DNA from: Syntrophobacterales bacterium
Lineage (GTDB): Bacteria > Desulfobacterota > Syntrophia > Syntrophales > UBA5619
Length of the DNA: 64,000 nt
Direction: 5' to 3'
NCBI GenBank assembly: GCA_019429105.1
Contig: JAHYJE010000008.1
Coordinates: 2,931 to 66,930 of the forward strand
Position numbers and translations under genes: made by a program
Shown: piece after piece, positions 9,145 to 21,385 of the stretch
How positions within the stretch are numbered: position 1 is the first letter of the stretch
Layout of the letters: each line of letters opens with the position of its first letter
The notes under the pieces: model-generated
Databases searched by the model: none
Told to the model about the DNA's origin: nothing
The model's input: the letters and a program-made list of their open reading frames with translations, nothing else

Positions 9145-9696
9145 TCAAACCCCGTCCCTCCCGGAGCTGATCATCTTGCGCAGCTCTTCCCAAGCGATAT
9201 CATTGTGAAGACAGTCATAACGCTCCGCCACGATGACCTGGGGGATAAGCCGCCGCCCTTTCAGATGTACGCCTCTGCCGGTTATCCTTGTTGATTTGAT
9301 GCCCCGTTCGATCTCGTAGGCGCAGGCCGCGCCGATCGCCGCCCGGATATCCTTTCTTTCGGTAAGTCGTTTCGTAAAATTGGTGCTGGGGGAGATGTAG
9401 AACTGCCAGCCTTTCTCCTTGCACAAAGCGAGAATCTCGCCGCAGCGGCAATCTCCGCACTTCATGCAGAGAACGCCCTCATTTTTGGAGAAATGGGCGC
9501 GGCATTTATCCCCGGTCAGGCAGTGGGGCAGGATGACCGCTTTTTCAGAGGGAGGAAGCCGGTCGAACTCTTCACGATAGCAGGAATTGACGTTACCGGC
9601 GAGGTCCAGGCCGATCCCCAGCCGGTTCAGAAAAGCCCGAAAAGGATAGAACAGCAGCGTAAAGAGCAGCCTCGACTTTTTTGAAATACTTGTCAT
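9145..9696 (-). CDS. DUF116-family protein
   Basis: 183 aa. N-terminal hydrophobic segment, then LPHCLTGDKCRA...CMKCGDCRCGEI cysteine pattern, as in DUF116 proteins. Confidence 0.6.
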   Translation of the reverse strand: MTSISKKSRLLFTLLFYPFRAFLNRLGIGLDLAGNVNSCYREEFDRLPPSEKAVILPHCLTGDKCRAHFSKNEGVLCMKCGDCRCGEILALCKEKGWQFYISPSTNFTKRLTERKDIRAAIGAACAYEIERGIKSTRITGRGVHLKGRRLIPQVIVAERYDCLHNDIAWEELRKMISSGRDGV

Positions 9697-9920
9697 CGGA
9701 TATTACCCGTCCTCATGGAAAAATTTTTAAACTTGGAGAACCCGCTGAATCATGGACCTGAAAGTTTCACGGGAATAGCATAAAATAAATGGGGAAAGCA
9801 ATTTTTTTAGCTCTTTATGACTACCATCGGGGCAACATCTATGTTATAGGTGCACCCGTTTACGTTTATTTGTGGCCATTAAGGTCACTATCCCCTTTAA
9901 AAGGCCTCGGAGCGCTGAAT

Positions 9921-10859
9921 TTGGACTTGAATTCCAGAAAAATCGTCTTTGTGGTGAATCCCCATTCGGGAAACGGAAAAACGGGCAGGGAGTGGCCGCG
10001 GATCAACCGGCTGGCCGAGGAAATTCTGGGTCCGTTCCAAACCTGCCTTACCAGAGGACCGGGCGACGCCACTTGCTTGACAAGAGCTTGTCTTCTCGAG
10101 GGAGCGAACATTGTCGTCTGCGTCGGCGGGGACGGTACGCTCAACGAGGTTATCAACGGTTTTTTTGATGATGACGCGCCAGTTCGCACGGGGGTTTCCC
10201 TCGGGTTCATTCCCAACGGCACCGGCTGCGATTTTGCCCGCACCTTTCCCGCTGTGTCCGGAATAAGGGCCGCCCTGCAAGCGATAAAAACCGCTTCTAC
10301 CAGAACGATAGACCTCGGACGCATCCGCTTTCGCAATCATCAGGGCGGCACAACCAGCCGGTATTTTCACAATATCGCGAGTTTCGGCATGGGAGGAGAG
10401 GTCGTCGAGCGGGTAAACCGCACGAGCAAGGCCTTTGGCCCTTTTGTCACCTTTATCTGGGGGACACTGCTGACGCTGTTTTCTTACAAAAAAAAGGCGG
10501 TCACGATCGGCGTGGATGACGGCAAAAAGTTAACAAAAGACATCTTTCATATCGCCGTTGCCAACGGCCGTTACCAGGGCGGCGGGATGCTGGTTGCACC
10601 CGATGCAGTCATGGACGATGGCTTTTTTCAGGTAACGATTATAGGCGCCATGAGCCTGCCGCTTGTTCTCCTGCGCTTGCCGAAGCTCTACAACGGAAAG
10701 ATAAAAAGCATCCCCCAGGTCTTCGTTACAACCGGCAAGCGGGTAACCCTGTCCTCCGACGAACAGGTTCTGTTCGATATTGACGGCGAACAGCCCGGAA
10801 TTTTGCCGGCGGTATTGGAAATTGTCCCGGCGGCCATCGCGATGATCGTGAAAAACTGA
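9921..10859 (+). CDS. diacylglycerol-kinase-family lipid kinase (YegS/BmrU-like)
   Basis: KIVFVVNPHSGNGK and VVCVGGDGTLNEVINGF boxes. The longest ORF starts at 9789, but its first 44 codons look non-protein-like. The in-frame TTG at 9921 lies 8 nt after GGAG. The start is uncertain. Confidence 0.75.
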   Translation: MDLNSRKIVFVVNPHSGNGKTGREWPRINRLAEEILGPFQTCLTRGPGDATCLTRACLLEGANIVVCVGGDGTLNEVINGFFDDDAPVRTGVSLGFIPNGTGCDFARTFPAVSGIRAALQAIKTASTRTIDLGRIRFRNHQGGTTSRYFHNIASFGMGGEVVERVNRTSKAFGPFVTFIWGTLLTLFSYKKKAVTIGVDDGKKLTKDIFHIAVANGRYQGGGMLVAPDAVMDDGFFQVTIIGAMSLPLVLLRLPKLYNGKIKSIPQVFVTTGKRVTLSSDEQVLFDIDGEQPGILPAVLEIVPAAIAMIVKN

Positions 10860-10989
10860 CCAATAACTACCCTTCCCGGAAGACCTTTATGGTTGCCGCC
10901 GGCCAGGTTAACTGAGCAGAGCCTCCTGCAAAAACTCACAGGCCACGGCGTCGTCATCGACAACAAGGATGCGGATTGCCTGCGTTTTC

Positions 10990-12586
<1,597 letters not shown>

Positions 12587-12630
12587 GGCTTCACCTCCCT
12601 AAGTTATTCCGCTTGTAGCCCTTTGCTTGC

Positions 12631-12654
12631 AAACGCGGTTTAATGTTCATAAAA
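12631..12654 (+). repeat. solitary copy of the 21-bp module of the MITE-like element
   Basis: AAACGCGGTTTAATGTTCATAAAA compared with AACGAAGTTTAATGTTCATAA inside copies B and C, and with AAGCGAAGCTTAATGTTCATA at 58021. Confidence 0.6.
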
Positions 12655-12717
12655 TGCGTGCATGAATTTTTGACATACAATGATTCTTCGTTGCTACGGC
12701 GTGCCCGAATGAGCGTT

Positions 12718-13701
12718 TTATTTTGGCAAATGTTCAAAAAGACAGAGCCCGCCGGTACTCCTTCTGCCGATCAAGCCCCTTTTTTCCAGCGTGACAAGAT
12801 GAACGTAGCTTTCGTTCAGGGCGAGCAGACGGTCAAAAACGGGCAGATTGTCGCCAAAGATAAACCGGGAAACCTGTCTGGCCGTTTTTGCGCCTTTATC
12901 GAGGGCCTGAAAGGCAAGCAGCGATCTTTCGGCGTGATGTTTGCGGACGTCGGCAATCCTTCCCCGGAGATTGGTAAAGGGGCGCCCGTGCGAGGGCCAG
13001 ATGGTCTCTATCTTCAGTTTCTCCACCTTGGTCATGGAGTCAAGAAAGCTCTCCAGCGGATGAAATTTGGAGTCGATCAGATCAGGGCTCAGATTCGGCG
13101 TGATATGCGGGAGGATGTGGTCCCCGGAGAGCAAGGCGCGTTCCGCGGGCAGGTAAAACGAGAGATGACCGCGGCTGTGGCCCGGGGTTGCGACCACTCT
13201 GAGTTCCCGGTCGCCGGCAACAAGCTGTTCGCCGTCTTCCAGATGGCTGTCGGCGACAAAAGGCAGGGTTGCCTGCTCAAAGGAGGTGAAGGTGCGGGCA
13301 ATTTCCCCAATCGTGGCTTTATCAAGGCCGTGCTCTTTGCAGAAGGCCTCCATCCGCCAAACGCGGCCGTCGTCCAGCGCAAACGTGCGAATCGTCTGCG
13401 CGTCAATTTCCGAGAGGCTGATCTTTGCCCCGGAACGTTCTTTGATGAGGCCCGCCAGACCGCAGTGATCCATGTGAAAATGGGTGATGAAAATCCTGCG
13501 ACATTCCTCAAGCGTCAGCCCCGTCTGGGACAGCGCTTCCTCAAGCGCCGGCAGGACCCCGGGCAGGTTGGGGCCGGTATCAATCAGCGTGAAGCCCTTT
13601 TTTTCCGGGAACAAAAAAACGTTGACATGGGTCAGCCGAAAAGGCATGGGCAGCCTGATCAGAAAAATTTTCTTCGCCACTTCCCGCACCGCTTTATTCA
13701 A
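12718..13701 (-). CDS. MBL-fold metallo-hydrolase
   Basis: ITHFHMDHCGLAG (HxHxDH box), later TPGHSRGH and HILPHI. Confidence 0.8.
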   Translation of the reverse strand: MNKAVREVAKKIFLIRLPMPFRLTHVNVFLFPEKKGFTLIDTGPNLPGVLPALEEALSQTGLTLEECRRIFITHFHMDHCGLAGLIKERSGAKISLSEIDAQTIRTFALDDGRVWRMEAFCKEHGLDKATIGEIARTFTSFEQATLPFVADSHLEDGEQLVAGDRELRVVATPGHSRGHLSFYLPAERALLSGDHILPHITPNLSPDLIDSKFHPLESFLDSMTKVEKLKIETIWPSHGRPFTNLRGRIADVRKHHAERSLLAFQALDKGAKTARQVSRFIFGDNLPVFDRLLALNESYVHLVTLEKRGLIGRRSTGGLCLFEHLPK

Positions 13702-13733
13702 ATGAACCTCCTTGAGGATTGCTCCTGATTTTT

Positions 13734-14492
13734 CTACAAAAGGGCGGCACCGATTGCCCCCGCCAACTGGGCGTAAGAAGAAACTATCAGCGGATAGCCA
13801 AGCGCCTTTTCCAGCGCCTGGACAACCCCCGCATTTTGAGAAACACCGCCGGTCATCATCACCGGCGCCCTGATGCCGATCCGGGTTGCCATTGCCGCCA
13901 CCCGGGAGGCGATGGCCTCATGGATGCCGGCAATAATGTTTTCCCGAGTTTCCCCCTTGGCGATCAGCGAGATTACCTCCGATTCGGCAAAGACGGTGCA
14001 GGTGCTGCTGATCTTCGCCGGTTTTTCGGCGTTCAGGGAGAGCGCGCCGAATTCATCCAGATTGGCCTCGAGGGCGCGCGCCATTACCTCCAGAAAACGG
14101 CCGGTGCCCGCCGCGCACTTGTCGTTCATCGTGAAATTTATCATCCGGCCTTCTTCGTCCATGACGATGGCCTTGCTGTCCTGGCCGCCGATATCGATCA
14201 GCGAGCGCACCGAAGGATCGAGAAAACGCGCCCCGGTTGCATGGCACATCAGTTCCGTTACCATTTTGTCCGCGATTGCCACGCTCTTGCGGCCGTAGCC
14301 GGTCGCAATGATCCGCTCCACATCCGTCTGCGCCAGGGAAAGAGAAGTGAGCAGTTCATCAAGCACCCTGCGTCCCGCCGCCTCGGCGTTATAGCCTGCC
14401 GCAATCACGTTGGTTCCCAAAAGACGTCCGTCTTCCATCACTGCGGCCTTGGCCGTATTGGAACCGATATCGATCCCTGCCTTCAAACCCAT
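13734..14492 (-). CDS. BcrAD/BadFG/HgdC-type acyl-CoA dehydratase activase ATPase
   Basis: GIDIGSNTAKAAV, IDIGGQDSKAI, NDKCAAGTGRFLE and STCTVFAESEVISL (the two cluster cysteines). No dehydratase subunit gene is adjacent. Confidence 0.8.
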   Translation of the reverse strand: MGLKAGIDIGSNTAKAAVMEDGRLLGTNVIAAGYNAEAAGRRVLDELLTSLSLAQTDVERIIATGYGRKSVAIADKMVTELMCHATGARFLDPSVRSLIDIGGQDSKAIVMDEEGRMINFTMNDKCAAGTGRFLEVMARALEANLDEFGALSLNAEKPAKISSTCTVFAESEVISLIAKGETRENIIAGIHEAIASRVAAMATRIGIRAPVMMTGGVSQNAGVVQALEKALGYPLIVSSYAQLAGAIGAALL

Positions 14493-14538
14493 AAAGCCTT
14501 GCGCCCCTTCCAGCTATTTCTCATCGCAAATTCTGTTG

Positions 14539-15294
14539 TCATTGTCCGCTTTTAGTCAAGAAAGACGGCTGGAACCAGCGTTCCTTGCCGCCTTCGTAGA
14601 ACCACTTGTCCGGAAATCCGCGGCGGCTGATGAAGCTGGGGTTGTCGGCCCAATTGAGCAGTTCCTCATAGGCTTTGTATATTTTGCGAAACATCTCCGC
14701 ATCCCCGCCGAGATCCGGGTGATGGATCTTGACCTGCCGCCGGTAGGCATTTCTTACTATCTTGTTCAGCTCTTCGGAACTAAGGCTGGATTTATCAATA
14801 TCCAGATAAACCAGCGCCGTGGGATTGATATCCGGCATTTGCCGGATATGCGGTTTTACATCCAGCATTGTTACACGATTGCGGACGGCGTTATCGAGAA
14901 CGTGGAGCGTTGCGAAGTGCCGTTTTTTTGTGCGTTGTTGCTCTTTCCACCATGTTTCTCCCAGAATATTGGCCATCACGCCGAAATCCTCACCGGGGCT
15001 TTTCCCTGCCGAACGGGGGTATAAAAAACTGTATATATCCCTCTGTCCCCAGGGCAATATATCCATGATTATCAGATGTTCGGAAAAGTAAAAGGTTGCG
15101 TAGCGGGTGTTTAACGCCTGCAAGAGGCCGCAGCGCATATCGAGCCGTTGGTGAAGCTTCTGTCTGCACTCAACGGAGCAGTATCTTTTTCTTCCCATGT
15201 TCTCGGTAGTCCCGCAGGACAGGCATCTCCTCGGTTCTTTGTCCTTGTTTGCCAAAACAGCCAGCGCCTTCATGTTCAGCAGCTTTTCCTCCAA
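14539..15294 (-). CDS. J-domain protein with N-terminal zinc-ribbon-like motif
   Basis: C-terminal YRRQVKIHHPDLGGDAEMFRKIYKAYEELL (HPD J-domain). N-terminal CLSCG...YCSVECRQKL. The track start is a TTG; an ATG lies 7 codons in. The start is uncertain. Confidence 0.6.
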   Translation of the reverse strand: MEEKLLNMKALAVLANKDKEPRRCLSCGTTENMGRKRYCSVECRQKLHQRLDMRCGLLQALNTRYATFYFSEHLIIMDILPWGQRDIYSFLYPRSAGKSPGEDFGVMANILGETWWKEQQRTKKRHFATLHVLDNAVRNRVTMLDVKPHIRQMPDINPTALVYLDIDKSSLSSEELNKIVRNAYRRQVKIHHPDLGGDAEMFRKIYKAYEELLNWADNPSFISRRGFPDKWFYEGGKERWFQPSFLTKSGQ

Positions 15295-15414
15295 CCATGA
15301 ATATTAAAAAGCTTTTTATAAATCCCGATGGCTGCGACGCGGCGCTGCTGTCGGGGGCAATCAGTAATTTGCACCGAGAGGGTCTTTTGGTACCCCCTAA
15401 GCATCCGAGACGGA

Positions 15415-15777
15415 TCATCCCTGCCGGGATTGTCTCCGGATGTCATCGGATAGTCGGTACCATTTCTGGACTCCATTTTCGAGCCGGTAGTAATGAATCA
15501 GATACGCAACCGCCAGGACAATCAGCAGCCCGGCAAGAACGAAACACAAAACGGAAGGGTATAGCAGGGCATATCCGAGAGAAAGCAAGGCAAACAGGCA
15601 AACGAACAGTGTTACCAGTAGATGAACCAGTCTTTCGTGCTGCATCCACTCGATCCTTTTGTCGTGATGCGCAAGCAGTTCCCTTAACGCTTCGGGGGGG
15701 AGATTCCTTGCCAGTGCTTCTTGCACAAAGAGTTCATGACGCTTCATGGAGTCGATCATGCCATTCGCCTTTGTCAA
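15415..15777 (-). CDS. small membrane protein, unknown function
   Basis: 120 aa with two clear hydrophobic helices (LVHLLVTLFVCLFALLSLGYALL, VLCFVLAGLLIVLAVAYLI). No recognisable family. Confidence 0.45.
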   Translation of the reverse strand: MTKANGMIDSMKRHELFVQEALARNLPPEALRELLAHHDKRIEWMQHERLVHLLVTLFVCLFALLSLGYALLYPSVLCFVLAGLLIVLAVAYLIHYYRLENGVQKWYRLSDDIRRQSRQG

Positions 15778-15870
15778 TGCCGGGGTCCATAATTCTCATT
15801 TTCCGGAGCTGATCATAATCCTGATTTGGGATGTTAACGCAACGCGCGATTTTTTGCCAGTCAATCATTG

Positions 15871-16024
15871 GAGGCAATTGCAAAACTCCCCATTCTTGTC
15901 ATTCCCGCAACGATTCTGAGCGGGAATCTGGTTCTAACTGCTTGAAAAAACCATATTCCCGATAGAGACATTATGGACATTAAGCTGCGCTTTCGGGAAT
16001 GACAAATGGTTTTGCAATTGGCTC
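15871..16024 (+). mobile_element. MITE-like element, copy A (154 bp, lacks the left 21-bp module)
   Basis: GAGGCAATTGCAAAAC...GTTTTGCAATTGGCTC terminal inverted repeats, flanked by ATTG/ATTG. Near-identical to copies at 34320, 41074 and 41799. Confidence 0.85.
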
Positions 16025-16270
16025 ATTGTCATGTATTTCCTCCGCGCGGGCAGATTGCGTCCAGAATATTCAGTTTTACAGCTACTTGGGCAATAAGCGC
16101 TCCGTCAACGCAGAGAGTGCCGTTGTAATCAGAGACGAGATGAAGCAATCTCCGTTGGCCGAAACCGGGGATTGTCAATTCTATCACGATTATTTCCTTA
16201 TAGGGCCGCCGTTGTAAAAGAGAGAAGCAATGATGAGGCGGCCCGGAAAAAATGGCGGCAGCCTCATGGC

Positions 16271-17902
16271 TCAGTTGTGCTCGCGGGTTTTATTGAATGT
16301 TATTCCGGGCCAGTCCTCCTTGACAAAACCGAGGCGCCATTCGCTCGTGGTCAGATAGGTGAGGTGGCCGTCGGCGTCGAGGGTGAGGTTGTTCTGGTTC
16401 TTCTTTTCAAAATCCGCAAGCATTTTTTTGTCGTCGCAGGTCACCCAGCGGGCCGTTGTGTAGTCGATCGTTTCGTAGGAGGCGTCAACCCCGTATTCCG
16501 TCTTGAGGCGGGCCATCGTCACGTCGAACTGGAGGACGCCGACTGCCCCGAGGATGTAGTCATTGCCCGCGAGCGGCTTGAAGACCTGCACGGCGCCCTC
16601 CTCGGAAAGCTGGGTCAGCCCCTTCTGGAGCTGCTTGATCTTCAACGAGTTTCTGACGAGCACCCGCCGAAAATGTTCCGGGGCAAAGTTGGGGATGCCG
16701 GTAAACTGCATAACTTCGCCTTCGGTAAAGGTGTCGCCGGTCTGAATCGTGCCGTGGTTATGGATGCCGATGATGTCCCCCGGCCAGGCCTCTTCGACGT
16801 TGGTGCGATCCTGCGCCATGAAGATCGTCGCGTTGGCAAGGACGATTTCGCGGCCGATCCGGTGGTGCATCACCTTCATCCCGCGGGTGAACTTTCCCGA
16901 ACAGATGCGGAAAAAGGCGATCCGGTCGCGGTGGGCGAGATCCATATTCGCCTGAATCTTGAAGACAAAGCCGGAAAAGGTCTCCTCGAGGGGTGAAACA
17001 AGCCGGGTTGTCGTCTGGCGGGGGCCGGGCGCCGGCGCCATTTCGACAAAGGCGTCAAGCAGCTCCCGCACGCCGAAGTTGTTGATCGCGCTGCCGAAAA
17101 ATACCGGGGTCTGGCTCCCCTTGAGGTATTCCTCCATCGAAAACGGGCTGGAAGCCCCGGCGATCAGTTCGATATCCTCCCGGAGCCGCCCGGCTGAGCT
17201 CCCCAGCAGTTCGTCCAGCCGGGGATCGTCCAGATCGGTAATCGTGATTCCCGCCTCCTTGCGGCTGTCCTTCCCCGGGGTAAACAGGTGGAGGGAGCGC
17301 CGGTAGATGTTGTAAACCCCCTTGAAGTCCTTGCCCATCCCGATCGGCCAGGAAAGAGGGACGCACTCGATCTGGAGTTTGTCCTCGATGTCGGAGAGGA
17401 TATCCATTGGCGCCAGTCCATCGCGGTCGAGCTTGTTGATGAAGGTAATGATCGGCGTGTTGCGCATCCGGCAGACCTCCATCAGCTTTTCCGTCTGCGG
17501 CTCGACCCCCTTGCCGCTATCGATGACCATCAGCGCGCTATCCACGGCGGTAAGCACGCGGTAGGTGTCCTCGGAGAAATCCTGATGGCCGGGGGTGTCA
17601 AGGAGATTGATCTCAAAATTCCGGTAGTGAAACTTCATCACGGAGGTTGTAACCGAGATTCCCCGCTCCTTTTCGATCGTCATCCAGTCGCTCGTCGCGT
17701 GACGTCCGGCCTTTCTGGCCTTCACCGCCCCGGCCAACTGGATCGCCCCGCCGAAGAGGAGCAGTTTTTCGGTCAGCGTTGTTTTCCCGGCGTCGGGATG
17801 GCTGATGATCCCGAAGGTGCGGCGCTGCTCGATCTCCTGCCGCCGCCGGCGCTCTTCATTGAATGTCGCAGCAGTCTCGGCGGCGGTTTCTTCAATTCCC
17901 AT
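16271..17902 (-). CDS. prfC: peptide chain release factor 3
   Basis: [51 protein letters not shown] prefer the ATG at 17900-17902 (MGIEE...). The track ORF has a 51-codon extension. Confidence 0.92.
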   Translation of the reverse strand: MGIEETAAETAATFNEERRRRQEIEQRRTFGIISHPDAGKTTLTEKLLLFGGAIQLAGAVKARKAGRHATSDWMTIEKERGISVTTSVMKFHYRNFEINLLDTPGHQDFSEDTYRVLTAVDSALMVIDSGKGVEPQTEKLMEVCRMRNTPIITFINKLDRDGLAPMDILSDIEDKLQIECVPLSWPIGMGKDFKGVYNIYRRSLHLFTPGKDSRKEAGITITDLDDPRLDELLGSSAGRLREDIELIAGASSPFSMEEYLKGSQTPVFFGSAINNFGVRELLDAFVEMAPAPGPRQTTTRLVSPLEETFSGFVFKIQANMDLAHRDRIAFFRICSGKFTRGMKVMHHRIGREIVLANATIFMAQDRTNVEEAWPGDIIGIHNHGTIQTGDTFTEGEVMQFTGIPNFAPEHFRRVLVRNSLKIKQLQKGLTQLSEEGAVQVFKPLAGNDYILGAVGVLQFDVTMARLKTEYGVDASYETIDYTTARWVTCDDKKMLADFEKKNQNNLTLDADGHLTYLTTSEWRLGFVKEDWPGITFNKTREHN

Positions 17903-18139
17903 ATGGTGTACCTGTCCCCATAAAAAATCCCCGATCGCCTCCCGGCACAGGGGACTAAAACATCGTAAATCCGCGGTTCTTCTATATGATGAGGGGAATA
18001 TTGTCAAGACTTTTTCCTTGCTGCGGCGCTGCTTTCCCTGATCGTGATTTTTCACGGTTGCACAAAAGGCGGCAATGGTCTATTCAACTAAAAATAGGAC
18101 AGTGAACTGACCCGGGGCGCATTTATTGAGGATGAAGGC

Positions 18140-18517
18140 ATGATTAAAGTCATTAATCTTTTTGACGAAATTCCCTCGGAGCGAACAAAGGAGGCATTTC
18201 AGGACATTCTGCGGGCGGAAAACTTGCGGATCGAGCGGATTATCTCCCATGGCGAAGCATCGCCGGAGGGTTTCTGGTACAATCAGCAGGAAAATGAGTG
18301 GGTTCTGCTGCTTGCGGGAACGGCGGAACTTTCTTTTGCCGACGGCCAAAAGATCGCGCTTGCTCCGGGTGATTGTCTCCTCATCCCCGGGCACGTGCGC
18401 CACCGCGTGGAAAGGACCGATCCCGGGCAGGATACGATCTGGCTGGCTATCCATTTTGGCGGGGAACAGGCGGGGCTTAGTCTATTTGAGGGTGGACAAT
18501 TCAAGACTGGAAAGTGA
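18140..18517 (+). CDS. cupin-domain protein
   Basis: 125 aa. ...WVLLLAGTAELSF...GDCLLIPGHVRHRVE... is a cupin beta-barrel motif pair. Confidence 0.65.
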   Translation: MIKVINLFDEIPSERTKEAFQDILRAENLRIERIISHGEASPEGFWYNQQENEWVLLLAGTAELSFADGQKIALAPGDCLLIPGHVRHRVERTDPGQDTIWLAIHFGGEQAGLSLFEGGQFKTGK

Positions 18518-18520
18518 TAA

Positions 18521-19450
18521 ATGGCACAACTTCCATCCCCAATACTTGTTATCTTTGACTACTCAGGCACTCTGAGCAGCGAAGCGCCCGATTTCGGACG
18601 TCCGGAAAATCTTGCCAGCGCTCTTGCAGCAAGCGGTCTGGCTGCCTTCGGCGTTACGGATGCAAACATTTTCTGGGAGAAGATCATTTTTCCGACCTGG
18701 GCGGAGGGGAGCCGGACAACAATCGGCTATGCGCGGGTTATAGCAGACAGGATCGCTTCGCTCCATCTTTCCCACCGGGCGCCCGGCGCCAAAAACGAAG
18801 TTTCATGTTCTTCAGTTGAAGAGGCGGCGCAGCGTTTTGTAACCATGTATCTCGACCACTCCCGGATGGATCTTCTCTGGCGGCCGCTGCTCGAAAATCT
18901 GTATGCCGATCGTAATACTGCCGTCGTGATCGCGACTGACCATTACGCCGAGGCGACCGGCGCAATTATCCGATATCTGCGAAAGTGGGGCATAACGGCA
19001 ACAAAGGCCGAAAGCAATGCCGCATCACAGCCAGAATCAAAACAGATGGTTACAGCCGCTGCAAGGGGGCGGGAGACGTTCCCGGGCAAATCGGAAAAGG
19101 AGGCGCGGTTCAGTTCCTTTATCGTCGCCAATTCCGCAGATCTGGGTTTCTGGAAGGCGGAGCGCCGTTTTTGGGAGCTGCTGGCGGCGCAGTTGTCGGG
19201 CAGGTTCCGGTCGGTTCTCATTGTTGACGACTTCGGCTTTAACGAGGCCGATGCCAACGGCTACGGAAAGCTGGCGCTGGTCCGGGACCGCCGGTTGAAG
19301 ACAAAGGCCGTGCTGCGGGATGTTTTTCAGACCAGCGCATCAACCATCTCGTTCTTCCTGAAAAATGACGAAGGGAGCCGCAAGGGCGACCGGACCAGGA
19401 AGATTCGGGCAGCCATAAGGCGAATCAAGGCTGCGGTGCTGTCTTCATAA
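18521..19450 (+). CDS. hypothetical protein (possible HAD-like fold)
   Basis: 309 aa. N-terminal LVIFDYSGTLS resembles HAD motif I with the second Asp replaced. Starts 4 nt after the cupin gene. Function not recognised. Confidence 0.4.
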   Translation: MAQLPSPILVIFDYSGTLSSEAPDFGRPENLASALAASGLAAFGVTDANIFWEKIIFPTWAEGSRTTIGYARVIADRIASLHLSHRAPGAKNEVSCSSVEEAAQRFVTMYLDHSRMDLLWRPLLENLYADRNTAVVIATDHYAEATGAIIRYLRKWGITATKAESNAASQPESKQMVTAAARGRETFPGKSEKEARFSSFIVANSADLGFWKAERRFWELLAAQLSGRFRSVLIVDDFGFNEADANGYGKLALVRDRRLKTKAVLRDVFQTSASTISFFLKNDEGSRKGDRTRKIRAAIRRIKAAVLSS

Positions 19451-19581
19451 CCGTTGCAGATGCTCGCAGTATATGTTAGAACCCATCGCAGCAATTGAGA
19501 CATGATACTAAAATGATAAGCGATTTCGCAAATGTTCCGGATTGGCAATAGCTCAATAACAGGCGATGTTTAAAAGGGTGA

Positions 19582-20319
19582 ATGATGGATAAAACGGAAG
19601 AAAAAGATTCATTTTTGTCTGAGAAAGATATCCTGCCGCGGGAGCGGCTGATCTTTGCGATGGATGTTTCCTCGGTTGCCGAGGCCAAGGCGCTGGTCGC
19701 CGAACTGGGCGATTCCGTCGTGTTTTATAAGCTGGGGCTCCAGATGTTCATGGCGGGCGGCTATTTTGAGCTCTCCGACTGGCTTCGCGAGCGGGGGAAA
19801 AAGGTCTTTGTGGATTTGAAGTTTTTTGACGTCCCGCAGACGGTCAAATCGGCGGTAAGCCAGCTTACGGAGCGCGACGTGCAGTTTGTAACGGTTCACG
19901 GCAACGACAAAATTATGGAAGCGGCGGCCGCCGCTAAAAAAAACCTGAAGATTCTGGCGGTGACAGCGCTGACCAGTCTCGATGCAGGCGATCTGAAGGA
20001 CCTGGGGTTTGCGTGCAATGTTGAGGAACTGGTGCTTTCCCGGGCCAGACGCGCCCTGACTGTCGGCTGCGACGGCGTGATCTCCTCCGGTCTTGAGGCG
20101 GCGCAAATCCGGTGGGAACTCGGCGAAAAACTGCTGGTAGTAGCGCCGGGAATCAGACCGGTCGCGAATGTTGATGACCAGAAAAGGACGGTCGGGGTAA
20201 AAGAGGCATTTCTCAATGGCGCCGATTACATTGTGGTCGGGCGGCCGATCCGGGAGGCGCCGGAGCGCCGCGCCGCCGCCGAAAATATCCAGCAGATGAT
20301 TGCCGATATTTTTAAATAA
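19582..20319 (+). CDS. pyrF: orotidine-5'-phosphate decarboxylase
   Basis: LIFAMDV..., [34 protein letters not shown]. Confidence 0.9.
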   Translation: MMDKTEEKDSFLSEKDILPRERLIFAMDVSSVAEAKALVAELGDSVVFYKLGLQMFMAGGYFELSDWLRERGKKVFVDLKFFDVPQTVKSAVSQLTERDVQFVTVHGNDKIMEAAAAAKKNLKILAVTALTSLDAGDLKDLGFACNVEELVLSRARRALTVGCDGVISSGLEAAQIRWELGEKLLVVAPGIRPVANVDDQKRTVGVKEAFLNGADYIVVGRPIREAPERRAAAENIQQMIADIFK

Positions 20320-20390
20320 ATCCCTTGCGCGACGTCTTTCCGTTATGTGAGTCTTACCGGGTTTTTACGAAAGTTTATGGAGAACAAGCT

Positions 20391-21269
20391 ATGTCGGGTA
20401 TTCAAAAGGGCATTGTCCTTGCGGGGGGTTCGGGGAGCAGGCTCTACCCGCTGAACATGGTGGCGAGCAAACAATTGCAGCCGGTATATGACAAGCCGAT
20501 GATCTACTATCCACTGGCGACGCTGATGATCGCCGGCATCAGGGATATCCTGATTGTTTCGACGCCGCAGGACACCCCACGCTTCGAGGCCCTCCTCGGC
20601 GATGGCTCGCGCTGGGGGCTCAGGATTGCCTACAAGGTGCAGCCCCGGCCGCAGGGGATTGCCCAGGCCTTTATCGTCGGCGAGGAGTTCATCGCGCGGG
20701 GGCCCGTTTGTCTGATCCTGGGCGACAATATCTTCTACGGGAAGATGGGGCTCGATGCGATCATCGGGGGATTTACTGCTGGCGCCACGGTCTTTGGATA
20801 TTATGTAAACGACCCGGAGCGCTACGGGGTTGTCGAGTTTGACGGAACGGGAAAGGCCGTGAGCATCGAAGAAAAGCCGGTTGCTCCCAAGTCCTCCTAC
20901 GCGGTGCCAGGGCTTTACCTTTACGACGAACAGATAACCGGAATCGCCAAAGCGTTGAACCCCTCGGCGCGCGGGGAGCTGGAGATAACGGATGTCAACA
21001 TGGAGTACCTGCGACGCGGAAAGCTGCAAGTTGTGCCCCTCGGCAGGGGCATCGCCTGGCTCGATACGGGCACCCACGCCAGCCTGCTGGAGGCGAGCCA
21101 TTTCATCGGCACGCTGGAGGCCAGGCAGGGGCTGAAGATCGCCTGCCTCGAAGAGATCGCCTTTCGCAAGGGTTTCGTGGACAGGGCAGAGATGCGTAAA
21201 GTTATCGACGATACCCCGCGCTCAAGTTATCGCGACTATCTGGAAAGGATCTTCGGGGAGAAAGAGTAG
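20391..21269 (+). CDS. rfbA: glucose-1-phosphate thymidylyltransferase
   Basis: [21 protein letters not shown]..., [36 protein letters not shown] at 20391 preceded by GGAGAA. Confidence 0.92.
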   Translation: MSGIQKGIVLAGGSGSRLYPLNMVASKQLQPVYDKPMIYYPLATLMIAGIRDILIVSTPQDTPRFEALLGDGSRWGLRIAYKVQPRPQGIAQAFIVGEEFIARGPVCLILGDNIFYGKMGLDAIIGGFTAGATVFGYYVNDPERYGVVEFDGTGKAVSIEEKPVAPKSSYAVPGLYLYDEQITGIAKALNPSARGELEITDVNMEYLRRGKLQVVPLGRGIAWLDTGTHASLLEASHFIGTLEARQGLKIACLEEIAFRKGFVDRAEMRKVIDDTPRSSYRDYLERIFGEKE

Positions 21270-21385
21270 CGGAACGTTATTCAGACCGGCATCCCGGAGC
21301 TTTTGGCCTCGTGATATCCCCGGCAAAGCGGCAAATGGCCAAGTCCGATTCCGGCATCCCAAGAGAACGGCGGTAGAACACTGCG

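Noticed and set aside
9065-9193. Longest form of the flavoprotein ORF, overlapping the DUF116 gene by 49 nt
   Set aside because: The extra 43 codons are Arg/Gly/Gln-rich and precede the usual position of the GxGxxG box by far too much. I prefer an internal GTG, although the true start is unproven.
15999-16217. 72-aa plus-strand ORF (MTNGFAIGSL...), with a similar one at 41221-41586
   Set aside because: Both start inside the right arm of a MITE copy (ATGACAAATGGTTTTGCAATTG). The shared prefix is element sequence, not a gene.
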